From Ostreococcus lucimarinus (taxonomy: Eukaryota), in the NCBI GenBank assembly GCA_000092065.1, contig CP000584.1: a stretch of DNA of 64,000 nucleotides. One strand, 5' to 3'. The position numbers were made by a program, and so were the translations under genes. Position 1 is the first letter of the stretch. Every line of letters starts with the position of its first letter. The notes under the pieces were generated by a model that saw only the letters and a list, made by a program, of their open reading frames with translations, searched no databases and was not told the DNA's origin. This document shows, one piece after another, positions 18,501 through 28,090 of the stretch.

Positions 18501-21500
18501 GTTGGTCCTTCTACATTTTTCGATTTCACTGGACCTGGTTGCGGGATTCACGTTAATAAACAACTAACTCTTCCAGTACGAAACGGCTACACCGTCTCGA
18601 TGTGGTTCCGCATCGAGCGGTTTCCGGAGTACGGCGGTCCAGTGCCGCTGTTTTCTTTACTATCGGGCGCTGGTAACGGCATTTTAGGAGAGTTACATGC
18701 GAACAAGCTCACGCTTGGCATTCGAGGATCCACGGGCACAGTTGATACCGCGTCGATCGACATCACAGTACGAGAGAACGAGTGGACTTTCTTAACGATT
18801 GTGCACCTTCCGGTGCGAATGTCGCAACCCCTGGTTCGTGTCTTCCTCGATGCTGGCATGGTTGGTCAGGCGAAGTTGCGTTACCCGATCAAGTCCACGG
18901 AAGCGATATCGTATTGTCGCATTGCTTCCGTGACGTTCGACGTTAGCCTAGAGAACGCGCACGTCAAGGTGTCACCGTTTTTCGGCCAACTGGGTTCGAC
19001 GCATATATTCGATGATGCCCTTTCGCAACCGGCGATTGCGATGATTCATGCACTCGGTGCAGATTATGTCGGACGTTTTAAGTCAACAGAATCGCAAACG
19101 GAAAGAATCCTTCAGGCAATCAGCGTGAACGCTGTCGAGGCTCGCGATACTCGCGAGTATCTCGCCGATCATCGACTGATTAGTATAAGCGCAGTCACCG
19201 TCGCCGGTCGAAGCGCTCAGTCGGAGGTGTACGACGTGAACGAATATGATTTGATCGGAGGGGCGAAAGTTTGCGTCACAAACTCAGTCAAAGACGTCGT
19301 GCACTGCCTCGGTGGTGTTCAAGTCGTTCTTCCAATCTTTTCTGACATCCTGCACGCCGCCGAGACGTCGAAACGGCGACAAATTGTTTGCGAAGGGGTT
19401 CATCTGCTCGTTGCTTTACTCGATGGAAGCAGACTCAATCAAGTTACGTTAACGTTGTGTGATGGGTACGCCTTGATTGCAAATCTTCTGCGAGAGAATG
19501 CAACGACTTTACTCTGTCCAGATTTACTCCCAGCACTCGACAGGCTTCGTCGTGCGGGCGGGATCGAGCACGAATCGGCATCGGCACGCATCGTCGTTGA
19601 TTTGCATCTTTGGTCCCTCGCCGATGACGCCACTCAAAAAGCGCATGGCGAGTACTTGTTGAGTTTGGCGACCAAACACTCGGATGGATTACGATTTCAT
19701 TTGCCAACAAGTGATCTCATCGATGCCCTCGATTTCACTCCAGGTGCGAGTGGAACGTCTCGTCGTCGAGTTTTGTTGGACGTGTTGAAGCAGCTTGTTA
19801 TCGACGCCCCGAATCAGATGATTGAGGAAACTGCGGAAACTATCGTTCACGTCATCGAAGAATGTGCCGACGAAGACACCGTTGGTGATGTTCTGCGCTG
19901 GCTAGTTAACTGCATGCAACCGGGTGAGGAAGTTCAGCCCACGCTCTACCAGGCTTTCACCAAGCTCGGCGGACCACTGCTGGCGCTATCGCCTTTGAGC
20001 AGGAGCTCCAGGCGAGTCCGCTCTTTCGCTCTTCTGTGGCTTGCAAACTTGATGCCTCCGCTCGAGGCTTCGAGCAAGAGTTCTGGGGGTGCCTCTCATA
20101 TATCTGCTGCTTTCGGCGCGGCCGCTGGTGCGCTGACTGCCACTCTCGGCGGCAAGTTCACGGCGACAGCGAGTCAGGATTTTGAAGTCGGCTTTTTCAC
20201 TGCAGTCGCGAACGCCCTCGAAAAATTCCCCCTCGATATCGCTGAATCCCGCTCGGCGCTCTTTGAGCTTTTACTTGGTGGCCAGGCGCTACCAGCGGAA
20301 AAAGTAGCCGAAAGGTTGAACAGGGAAAAGAATTCATCCGTGCGAGCTGCGGCTGGCAGGCTCTTTGCCAAAGTCACAGGCCACGGAAACGACGCGCAAA
20401 CCAAAGATAAGGAGTGTATTAGCGTTGGTGTACCCGGTATAGTCAATGCAGGCGCCGCTGGGGTGTTGCTTCGACTGATGAATTCAAGCGATAATGCGGA
20501 AATGCGTTTAAGCGTGCTCGAGCTGCTTCTCCAACTCGTGGAAGGTGCAAGCGTGAACGCACAGGCTGTGCTGGAGCAGCGAGGCTGGCAGACTTGGATC
20601 CTCCCCATCCTCAAAGACCACAGTGACGAAACGCAAAACGACGAGAAATCGATGGCTCGACGATTAATAACGGCACTTCTCTCGCACGCGGTGCTCAAGA
20701 CTGACGAAGGTCACCAGCACGTGTCGAACATGCTTGGCGTCATCGACATTCTCATCAAACGCGGCGTCTTAGCCGATGAGTCAGACTTAGCGCAGGAACT
20801 CCTTTCGGATTTGCTTGAGTGCATTCTCCCGACGCGAGCGTCTTCGTCCGAGCAAGACGAGTGGTCTGAAGTGCAAAATGTTGAGTCACCGATATGTCGT
20901 CGCAACCTTTCGAGACTTTTGCACATATTCGACTCAATCATTTCCGACACGTCCGCGACAGCGGCCGCGCTTGGAGTACCGAGTGCCTCCGATGCAAAGT
21001 CCAGCGTTAAGAAGATCTCTTGGAGATTTTACGACAACTTATGGAACCTATTAGATGCGATCTCTCCTCCTGGTCATCCCGTGGACGCGCCCGAAGAGAC
21101 GGCGGATGCCGTAAAATCCACAAACATGGCTCAAAAGCTGCACAGGCGAGCGAAGAGTATGATTCGTGATTTACCATTTTCGAGCAATAGCGAGAGCGAG
21201 TTTGATAGCGTCGAAGCCGTTGAGGCTCTGCGCAAGACTTGTCAGCGAATGGGATTCAGGTTGACCTTACTTTACGTGCGAGCGAGCGCGCTCGAAGAGT
21301 TGCAGACAGCACTGAATACGTGCATTGGACTTCTACCATCATTTTTGGCCCCAGTCTTGGTCGACAAGGATGGAAAAGCGATGGATACCGCGCCGCTAGG
21401 GAACAGAGCGCACTTGTTTATCGCGGATTTGATGCGTTACGTCGAGTTTGCTAAAAAGAGTGAAGATCCTGATGCGTCAACACGGTCGCAGCTCGTCGTA

Positions 21501-24500
21501 AATCTCGTTCGACTCGCATCTGAGGTTGGTAGACTTCTGCTTTCAGATTGCGCGAGCGTCGAGGAGTGCGCGCATTTGGACGGCCGTGATTTGATTTCTG
21601 AACAAAAGGTGGCAGCCGCCGCAGCGATCGAGGCCAAAGAGTCTAGGAAAGTCAAAGAGCTGCGCTCAAAAGTGAGTGAAAACTTTCTTTCCGAACGTAC
21701 GCGGCACGAGCAAAGGCAAGCGCAAGCCGAGACGGCACTGTTAGAGACTCATAAGTCTAAATTGGGTCCGGTAAGCGAGCGCGAGCGCGCACGTCGCGCG
21801 ATGCAGCGTCTGACGTTTGAAGAACGTTGCGATGTGCTCGCTCGTCGGTGGTCCGCGATGTTGCGCGACTTACAAGGTGAGCGAGGCGCGTGGGCGGCTG
21901 AAAACTGTGATGCAAAGGCGCACTGGAAACTCGACAAGTCTGAGGACTCATCGATGAGACGATCTCGTTTGAAGCGCGATTATAAGTTTGTGCAGTACGA
22001 AGACAATCAAAAAGGTGGCGAATCAACATTACAAAGCGATGTACAAGATATCCAAGCGGTTCGCCTCGTCGGCATGGGTCAAAAATGGAAGATGAATTCG
22101 GATAGCGACTACGTTGATGTCGATGATGTCGCAGACGAACTCGCAGAAAAACTCGCTGTGGACAAGGAGAACGCGATGCACAATAGGAGTAAAGTCGTGT
22201 TCAGCACGCCGGCATCACTCGTGACGCTCACGAGAACTGTACTGGGTAAGCTCAATGTCAGTCGTGATGCCGTTGTATTTGCCGCCGATCGTACGCATGA
22301 GAGTGCGAAAGATCATCGAAAACGTTTCTGGCGATGGAGCTTGAGTGAAATTGTCGAGGTACATCACATGCGATATCGCCTTCAGCACAAGGCTTTCGAG
22401 ATGCATTGCGCGGATCACACCAGTGCCTTTTTTGCGTTCGATACCAAGAAAACGGCGCGATACGCAGCTACGCGCGTGGCATCATCGGCGGGGGCGACTT
22501 TGATGAACAGACGTGCGAAAACTGAAGCAGCCGAACGCGCGAAGGAGCTCTGGCGCAGACAAAAACTGAGCACTTTCGATTATCTTATGGCCTTGAACGT
22601 CTTCGCCGGGCGAACGTTGCACGACTTGAGTCAATATCCCGTTTTCCCTTGGGTGTTGAAAGAATACGAAGCTGAAACAATAGATCTGGCCGACCCTTCG
22701 GTGTATCGAGATCTGAGAAAACCCGTTGGCGCGCTCAACGAAGAGCGTCTCAAGAACTTCGTTGAGAGATACAAGTCGCTGTTGGACGACCCTGACACGC
22801 CGCCTTTCCATTACGGCAGTCATTACTCATCGTCCCCGATCGTACTTTTCTTCTTGTTACGCCTGGAACCTTACACGAAACTCGCTCGAGCATTACAGGG
22901 CGACAGATTTGATCGAGCAGATCGCTTATTCCATTCGGTCGCGGAAACGTTCAAAGCTTGCGTAGAATCATCCGCTGATGTCAAGGAACTTATTCCAGAA
23001 TTTTACTACTCGTCCGAGTTCTTGACGAATACAAATGGACTAAAACTTGGGGTGCGACAGGACGGATCGACTATTGATGATGTAGTTCTCCCGCCTTGGG
23101 CCAAGGGTTCGAGGCACGAATTCACTCGAGTGATGCGGGAATCGCTAGAATCGGACTACGTAAGCGAAAATCTGCACCACTGGGTTGATTTGATTTTCGG
23201 GCACGCACAGCGAGGGGCCGCCGCGGTCGAGCGATGCAACGTGTTTTATTATCTCACATACGAAGGCGCCGTGGATATCGACACATTAGAAGATGATGAT
23301 CAACGGAACGCGATCGAGACACAAATCATCAACTTCGGTCAGACTCCCGCGCAAATTTTCAGGCGCGCGCACCCAGTTCGTCTGCCGCCCCAAGCGACAG
23401 AACACGTGGTTTCAATCTCTCCCGAATCGCTCAAACTCGCGACAGTTGTCTCATCCGAGTCTAACGGCCTACCGATGCGGGCGCAAGCGGTGGTGCACGC
23501 CACCGCGTACGATTCGCGTATTGCCGTGGTCACCGCTGGACGAATGGTTTCCATTCAGCGCTTACAACGTCCTGGAACGACATTCGGGCTGGGTGGCGTC
23601 GATCACTCAACCGCGTACGCGCTCGAACCAGAGACGACATCCCGGCTCATGCTCGAAATTGACGTCGACGCCGATTCGCTTGCGCATTCGCAATCCGTCA
23701 ATGTCGCTCTGAAAGGCAAAGTCTTGCTGAGTGTTGGCCATTGGGACAGAAGCATGCGTATTTTCGACATTGAGGAGGGGCGCGAGATGCAGCGTATCAG
23801 TGCACATCGAGATGTGACGACGTGTCTCGCGTTGTGCGAACTCGGGAGCTCGAGGAGCTGGGACGAGGCTTCGCACCAAATGGACCAAGTCATCGTGGTT
23901 ACGGGAAGTCGCGACACCACGCTCGCGATCTGGGAGATGGTGCTCCCTCAAGGAGGCTGGGGCTTTAGTAAAGGCACCAAAGTCCTGAGCGCCGAACCAA
24001 AAATGATCTGTTTCGGTCATGACGAAGCCATCACGTGCGTTGCTGTGAATTCATCGCTCAACTTGGTAGCGAGTGGCAGCATTGATGGCACCCTCATCCT
24101 GCACGACAGCCGGGATGGGCACATCGTTCGTGCATTGGAAAGCACCCCACCTGGGTGCATCCCATCGTCCATCGAATTGCTTCCAAAATCATCTCTCGTC
24201 GTGTGCGCGTGCGGCGTCGCCGGCGCGCTGTCCGTGCATGATGTCAACGGTGCCACACTCGCCAAATCGCTCAGTCGGCACGAAGCCTTTGACGCATTTT
24301 GCGTCACCCGCGACGAGCGACATATTCTCATCGGCAATCGTCGCGGAGACATCACTGTCCGCGCCGTGCATGATTTATCGATTCGTGCGCAAATCAACGT
24401 CGCCAACGCGGGCGTCGTCTCCATTTCACCCGTCGCGCGCGACGAGTGCCTCGTCGTCGGTCTTGCCGACGGTCGTGTGTGCCTCTGGGCGCCCGCGGCG

Positions 24501-24512
24501 CGTAGCCTTTAA
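15588..24512 (+). CDS. BEACH domain protein (neurobeachin/LRBA/LvsA-like), 2974 aa
   Basis: The BEACH core reads STFDYLMALNVFAGRTLHDLSQYPVFPWVL...LRKPVGALNEERL...PPFHYGSHYSSSPIVLFFLLRLEPYT...ELIPEFYY. An upstream ConA/LamG-like segment is present (GYTVSMWFRIERF...EWTFLTIVH). A PH-like region lies before BEACH and WD40 repeats follow at the C-terminus (VTGSRDTTLAIWE, ASGSIDGTLILHD). Confidence 0.95.
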   Translation: MNFIRRFANSSNPTLDARDATPPSTSAPDAAGARVELRSAETIDVPRVMNSMFDEGRDGDLVFSWQLMSGTANAGESSRREATNAFFDAFSETYARWEPARARGADEGDDSDVGCAVAHPRAVTLAAVEDAAGLGERLERALTGTVDVGGIEQRMASIGVETFRALEIMSRSAHNRVFMEQCGASRALANACKTCAQRMLTFSAGAASASKENSIEAGALLEALQHVVEHAVNVIDSFLGDAWALRSFNENGALLALIEVLRAEKVVVGRVHGDVRKMAISIERMAMRAIGRVMHGDAAVQKSIAGAGGLDIFFEGVYPIEADVSVDIAGFETSLMNLEISHTLLAGNKSNVERAQGIGLFTRVARLMRAANDLSETLVSDEASTSTTEGEVAGVPWSAQLLDDSLRCHEVIITDGYPSEVIKRLLKFVHQDTSAAGGWASKGAREMILKCLFDSIIEACSSSKESFKSDSECVRFRAHVLRFFSDAIDIDPAVLRVMRQARAWDMLLDADTYGAIPSVDHKNEYESVSESTTSILRRRVQIQTAALLLKACQIAAELSDCVDECNVLIGTITTRAIQPSVAIRLCRVLELLLIDSSHSVCKALSEVEAPGRLAGALNAQLKCWGCDQVAFIGEVGATANSAAFGSTLSALRACLNGPDVLAASALNNDGVSDLIFNELLWTNTTRDLAISAVVSLVGLRLHAPSPHASGAHREAWSSVARRFIQALPRARGTDITLLSAMLSGLRQMLNNPNGSGDSLREWISSEDGAEFVQIVALCDGDAGEEVGLDVIATLQAVISNSHSSASTFERSVGYDTLIDAIQCARGAGPVSKPLFDALMSFVIDDDYGTGGESSGIALRNAKALQMLLTLIGNLGASDELKDELLKAFKQMLSASVTSKATADAAGVLDFCLQWYVDANRRQAVLEVIALCSSFSMSTKHVRQIFRLLQGDSISADDQLQLLRVLQHSAKRVGPSTFFDFTGPGCGIHVNKQLTLPVRNGYTVSMWFRIERFPEYGGPVPLFSLLSGAGNGILGELHANKLTLGIRGSTGTVDTASIDITVRENEWTFLTIVHLPVRMSQPLVRVFLDAGMVGQAKLRYPIKSTEAISYCRIASVTFDVSLENAHVKVSPFFGQLGSTHIFDDALSQPAIAMIHALGADYVGRFKSTESQTERILQAISVNAVEARDTREYLADHRLISISAVTVAGRSAQSEVYDVNEYDLIGGAKVCVTNSVKDVVHCLGGVQVVLPIFSDILHAAETSKRRQIVCEGVHLLVALLDGSRLNQVTLTLCDGYALIANLLRENATTLLCPDLLPALDRLRRAGGIEHESASARIVVDLHLWSLADDATQKAHGEYLLSLATKHSDGLRFHLPTSDLIDALDFTPGASGTSRRRVLLDVLKQLVIDAPNQMIEETAETIVHVIEECADEDTVGDVLRWLVNCMQPGEEVQPTLYQAFTKLGGPLLALSPLSRSSRRVRSFALLWLANLMPPLEASSKSSGGASHISAAFGAAAGALTATLGGKFTATASQDFEVGFFTAVANALEKFPLDIAESRSALFELLLGGQALPAEKVAERLNREKNSSVRAAAGRLFAKVTGHGNDAQTKDKECISVGVPGIVNAGAAGVLLRLMNSSDNAEMRLSVLELLLQLVEGASVNAQAVLEQRGWQTWILPILKDHSDETQNDEKSMARRLITALLSHAVLKTDEGHQHVSNMLGVIDILIKRGVLADESDLAQELLSDLLECILPTRASSSEQDEWSEVQNVESPICRRNLSRLLHIFDSIISDTSATAAALGVPSASDAKSSVKKISWRFYDNLWNLLDAISPPGHPVDAPEETADAVKSTNMAQKLHRRAKSMIRDLPFSSNSESEFDSVEAVEALRKTCQRMGFRLTLLYVRASALEELQTALNTCIGLLPSFLAPVLVDKDGKAMDTAPLGNRAHLFIADLMRYVEFAKKSEDPDASTRSQLVVNLVRLASEVGRLLLSDCASVEECAHLDGRDLISEQKVAAAAAIEAKESRKVKELRSKVSENFLSERTRHEQRQAQAETALLETHKSKLGPVSERERARRAMQRLTFEERCDVLARRWSAMLRDLQGERGAWAAENCDAKAHWKLDKSEDSSMRRSRLKRDYKFVQYEDNQKGGESTLQSDVQDIQAVRLVGMGQKWKMNSDSDYVDVDDVADELAEKLAVDKENAMHNRSKVVFSTPASLVTLTRTVLGKLNVSRDAVVFAADRTHESAKDHRKRFWRWSLSEIVEVHHMRYRLQHKAFEMHCADHTSAFFAFDTKKTARYAATRVASSAGATLMNRRAKTEAAERAKELWRRQKLSTFDYLMALNVFAGRTLHDLSQYPVFPWVLKEYEAETIDLADPSVYRDLRKPVGALNEERLKNFVERYKSLLDDPDTPPFHYGSHYSSSPIVLFFLLRLEPYTKLARALQGDRFDRADRLFHSVAETFKACVESSADVKELIPEFYYSSEFLTNTNGLKLGVRQDGSTIDDVVLPPWAKGSRHEFTRVMRESLESDYVSENLHHWVDLIFGHAQRGAAAVERCNVFYYLTYEGAVDIDTLEDDDQRNAIETQIINFGQTPAQIFRRAHPVRLPPQATEHVVSISPESLKLATVVSSESNGLPMRAQAVVHATAYDSRIAVVTAGRMVSIQRLQRPGTTFGLGGVDHSTAYALEPETTSRLMLEIDVDADSLAHSQSVNVALKGKVLLSVGHWDRSMRIFDIEEGREMQRISAHRDVTTCLALCELGSSRSWDEASHQMDQVIVVTGSRDTTLAIWEMVLPQGGWGFSKGTKVLSAEPKMICFGHDEAITCVAVNSSLNLVASGSIDGTLILHDSRDGHIVRALESTPPGCIPSSIELLPKSSLVVCACGVAGALSVHDVNGATLAKSLSRHEAFDAFCVTRDERHILIGNRRGDITVRAVHDLSIRAQINVANAGVVSISPVARDECLVVGLADGRVCLWAPAARSL

Positions 24513-24518
24513 CTGCAT

Positions 24519-24523
24519 TGTAA
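24519..24523 (+). promoter_or_regulatory. Candidate TGTAA polyadenylation signal
   Basis: TGTAA 7 nt after the BEACH TAA stop (24510-24512). Confidence 0.4.
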
Positions 24524-24616
24524 AATAACTAGCTCAATCCGTTGATCCATCGTCGTCCTCGCGCGACATCGCATCTCGCGCCAGCCGCGCCAGTGACTGG
24601 CCAGTTGCGGCGCAAG

Positions 24617-25336
24617 ATGAACGCAATCCGAATCGCACGTCACTTGCGGCCGCATCGAACGCGCAGCATGACGAAGGCGAAGAAAACCAAGCCCGCGCAC
24701 AAGTCGAACAAGAAGAAGAAGGTCGCCCCCGCGAACCGCGCGACGACGCGCGCGGCGCTGCAGAAAACGCCGACGAGGGGAAAGACGGTGCCGGCGAAGT
24801 TGACGGAGAAAAATATGACGCCCAAGGCGCTGAGGACGCCAAAGACGCCGAAGATGACGTCTGCGGGCGTGGCGAAGAAGCCTCGGTCGAGCACAAAGTC
24901 GGACGGGCGGCGAACGACGCCGAAGAAACCTAAAAATACGACGTCGTATATCATGAATCAGCGCAAGTACGGTGCGCAACCGCCGACGCCAAGACCGTTG
25001 AGTGGGATGAAGAGCCCGAGATTGGAAACGCTGGCGACGGCAACGATGAAACCGCCAGCAAGTGGATTAGATATGTTCGGAAGCATGCTCGGGGCGTTGT
25101 CGCCGGCGGCGTTAGAGAGGGTCGAGGTCGAAGGTGAGGAGTCGACGTCGGAAGTTATCAAACTGTGTTCGATTATTACCGAGCAAGCGAAGACGATTCA
25201 GCGATTGGAGTCGGAGGTTAATCACCTGCGGGCGCAGTTACAGGCTCGAGCGGTCGCGCCAGTCCCAACGTTGCGTCGTGTACCGTCAACGACATCTGAG
25301 TTGGCGTCGCGCATTGCCGGTTTGTTCAAGCGATGA
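24617..25336 (+). CDS. Lys/Pro/Thr-rich basic protein with C-terminal coiled coil (hypothetical)
   Basis: The first ATG in frame is 24617; the alternative is 24668 (MTKAKKTKPAHKSNKKKK). The C-terminus SEVIKLCSIITEQAKTIQRLESEVNHLRAQLQ is heptad-like. The track start at 24542 is a TTG. Confidence 0.5.
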   Translation: MNAIRIARHLRPHRTRSMTKAKKTKPAHKSNKKKKVAPANRATTRAALQKTPTRGKTVPAKLTEKNMTPKALRTPKTPKMTSAGVAKKPRSSTKSDGRRTTPKKPKNTTSYIMNQRKYGAQPPTPRPLSGMKSPRLETLATATMKPPASGLDMFGSMLGALSPAALERVEVEGEESTSEVIKLCSIITEQAKTIQRLESEVNHLRAQLQARAVAPVPTLRRVPSTTSELASRIAGLFKR

Positions 25337-25351
25337 ACGTCGCTAATGATT

Positions 25352-25356
25352 TGTAA
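25352..25356 (+). promoter_or_regulatory. Candidate TGTAA polyadenylation signal
   Basis: TGTAA 16 nt after the TGA at 25334-25336. Confidence 0.4.
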
Positions 25357-25401
25357 TCTTCACATTGTACTACGTGCCGCAAGTCGGTTTCTTATCGGTG
25401 C

Positions 25402-27909
25402 CTAAACCGTCATATACTTTCGTAGAATCGCGCGCGCTAAGCCGTTTGCGTTCGAAGAACGATAGATGAGGGATAAGTTGTACGCCGCTTCGCGACGCAA
25501 ATCGTCCGCCTCGGAGCTCACCGGCATCTCCAGACAACGCTCATAAATCGGACGAGCGAGGTGCGGAAAGCCGAGATGTTGCAGGCCTCGGGCCAAGTTG
25601 TACATCCCTTCTTGTGGGCTTGTCGTGTTCAACTCCGCGGTACGTTCGAGCAGAACGACAGCTCGAAGCGCCAGTGCGTGACGCTGCTGCTCGTTTGAAT
25701 TTCTCGTTGCCATGTGCAAAAGAGAAATCGCCGCACATAAATTCACCTCGTGATCGTTCGGCGCGATCGTGAGAGCCGTGAGGAAATCGTGCATTGCTAT
25801 AGACCACTTTTTGTTCCACGTGTGAACGTACCCAGATGCCATCAAAGGTAGCAGACGTTCGCGTGAGGCATCGTCGAGGCTACTCGCGACGAGACGCTTG
25901 GCGAGCTTTGATGTTCCAACGCTGAGCGCTCGAGGATAATCGATAGCCATGTGCATCAGCATGTTCCAAACCGTTACCGAATTCGGGAATACCTCAAGAA
26001 CACTACGACAGCTTGCCGCAGACTCTTGCAAATCGCCCATCATGTACGCCACGAGCGACTTTAGGTATCGTAGCGAAGCCGTCTGCTCTCGCGTCAGCAC
26101 GCTCCCCGCGGAGAATGAAAGCGCATGATTCACGATGGTTCCCGCTTCTTCGTGTCGACCGAGCCGAATAGCGACCTCGGCACCGCTTATAATATTAGCA
26201 AACACATCATCATCTGATATCCGAACGTTATCGTCCACGAAATCATCGCTCCCCTGTCCCGCGCGTTGGAGCTTGCGTTGCGATCTTTTTTCGCTCAAGT
26301 CTTCCAAGAGCTTCAACGCAGCTGGAATGATGACAGTCAGTTCGGCTTCGCTCAAGAGCTTTCTTTGTAAAGCAGTCACGCGCAATAAAATGCCATATTT
26401 CTGTACCTCGACGTCATCTAAATTTGACACAAGTGACCTCGCCCGCCTCAACGATTCTTCGTCGTCTTGAAAACGCGAAAGCGAATCGGCTAGAGATACG
26501 GCGATGAATACGTCGCTCGGGTGCTTGTCATGGAGCATGTCGTAAAATTCGACTACCGCGCGCAAGCCCCTCGATTGCTGAACGCATCGCTCTACGCGCT
26601 GCCACATATCGACATTGTCGTACTCGTCGAGCGCGATTAAGTGCATGAACACCTCTTCCGCCTTCGACGCCAACCCAACCTCCATCAGAGTTTTTCCGCA
26701 GTCAAAGTACAAGTCATCAAACTCAGTCACCTTGTGCCGCAAGAGCTCTTCAATGCGCTCCATGCCTTCTTCCGTTTGTCCTTCGTAAAGCAAACATTGA
26801 CCTTGTTTTACGGAAATGTCCAAAGGCAGCTGTCCAGAGTCGACGTGCTCTAAAATATTCGCGCGCGAACGCTCGACAATTTCTAGTACCTCGGAATACT
26901 TGCGGAACTCAATCTTCAACTCAATCAAAATGTTCACCACTGTGGCGTCGATGTGCTGTGGATACGCTTTCAGCATGTGCTCTAGAGCATGCTCAGCCTT
27001 ATCTCGCATATCAGCACTATAATACAACTTGGCGAGCAAGACCACGGCGTCACGCAAAATAGCGCCGTCGAGCGGCGGCAAATCGTCCTTCAGCACCCAC
27101 TCAAGTTGCTCAATCGCCTTTTTCGCATCTCCAAGCTCCGAATACAACGTTGCTTGATCCATTTTATTCTCGTAATTGTGCGGGTCAGACCTCGCCGCCT
27201 TTGCTAAGCAATGTATGGCGTAATCTTTGTTGTTCACGTTTACCGCCAGCGACGCCATGCGATACCACATCGACGGGTCCACCCCACGCTTCACCGCCGT
27301 CGCCAAAGAGTAACTATCCAACGCCTTTTCTAAATCGTTCGTTTCCTCGTACACCAGCGCCAATTGCTCGTACGGTTCGCTCGAATGCGGGATTTTCACA
27401 ATCGCCGCGTGCAACTTACTCACCGCCTCGGCGTATTCGCCCCGCGCGTACAATATGGTCGCATCACTCATTAAATCGTTTGCCTCCATCGCTTGCTTCG
27501 ACCGCGCCGACTTCTTCTGTCGCCCCTTTCGCCGCCGTTTCCTACTCTCGTTCACGCCGCCCATGCGCAAAAACGCCGCCATGGTCGGGTTTCGTCGCGC
27601 CGTCGCCTCGTCGTCGTCGTCGTCACGCGCCGTACCTCCACCGCGTCCTCCCGACCCATCGCTCGTGCCCGCCAGCGTCGACCGCTCGTACGCGACGACT
27701 TTCTCCGCCAGTCTTCCCTCGCGCAGGAGCTCGAGTCCATCGAACGCTCGACCGTCGCGTTCGTTGTCGGAATCGGTTTCTTCGTCTTCGTTCGATTCTG
27801 ATTCGGATGCGTCGTCGCCGGCGCGCGCGTGGGGCTTGCCGTGCACTCGCAGACGCCTCGCGCACGAGGGCTCGTCTACATCGTCGATCGCGCGCCCGGG
27901 GAGGGACAT
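25402..27909 (-). CDS. TPR-repeat protein, general transcription factor IIIC subunit 3 (TFC4/GTF3C3)-like
   Basis: An acidic N-terminus is followed by a TPR array (ATILYARGEYAEAVSKLHAAIVKIPHSSEPYEQLALVYEETNDLEKALDSYSLA...DPHNYENKMDQATLYSELGDAKKAIEQLEWVL), colinear with the TFIIIC102 family. The first ATG is 27909 (MSLPGRAIDD); the track start at 27957 is a TTG. Confidence 0.7.
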   Translation of the reverse strand: MSLPGRAIDDVDEPSCARRLRVHGKPHARAGDDASESESNEDEETDSDNERDGRAFDGLELLREGRLAEKVVAYERSTLAGTSDGSGGRGGGTARDDDDDEATARRNPTMAAFLRMGGVNESRKRRRKGRQKKSARSKQAMEANDLMSDATILYARGEYAEAVSKLHAAIVKIPHSSEPYEQLALVYEETNDLEKALDSYSLATAVKRGVDPSMWYRMASLAVNVNNKDYAIHCLAKAARSDPHNYENKMDQATLYSELGDAKKAIEQLEWVLKDDLPPLDGAILRDAVVLLAKLYYSADMRDKAEHALEHMLKAYPQHIDATVVNILIELKIEFRKYSEVLEIVERSRANILEHVDSGQLPLDISVKQGQCLLYEGQTEEGMERIEELLRHKVTEFDDLYFDCGKTLMEVGLASKAEEVFMHLIALDEYDNVDMWQRVERCVQQSRGLRAVVEFYDMLHDKHPSDVFIAVSLADSLSRFQDDEESLRRARSLVSNLDDVEVQKYGILLRVTALQRKLLSEAELTVIIPAALKLLEDLSEKRSQRKLQRAGQGSDDFVDDNVRISDDDVFANIISGAEVAIRLGRHEEAGTIVNHALSFSAGSVLTREQTASLRYLKSLVAYMMGDLQESAASCRSVLEVFPNSVTVWNMLMHMAIDYPRALSVGTSKLAKRLVASSLDDASRERLLPLMASGYVHTWNKKWSIAMHDFLTALTIAPNDHEVNLCAAISLLHMATRNSNEQQRHALALRAVVLLERTAELNTTSPQEGMYNLARGLQHLGFPHLARPIYERCLEMPVSSEADDLRREAAYNLSLIYRSSNANGLARAILRKYMTV

Positions 27910-28012
27910 CGCGCGCGCGCGTCGCACGATGGCGTGCGACGGTTGTCTGTGCGCCAACTGAACTCGCTCGCGTCTCGCGCCTCGTTCGACTTGACTACTT
28001 TTGCTTTTTGTG

Positions 28013-28017
28013 TTACA
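28013..28017 (-). promoter_or_regulatory. Candidate TGTAA polyadenylation signal
   Basis: TGTAA on the minus strand, about 74 nt downstream of the HAC stop at 28091. Confidence 0.35.
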
Positions 28018-28090
28018 CGTGGTATTTCTAATGTGTGTGTTTGAATGTCGTTTGAATGTCGTTAATCGTGTTGTTCTGATCGTCGCGCGC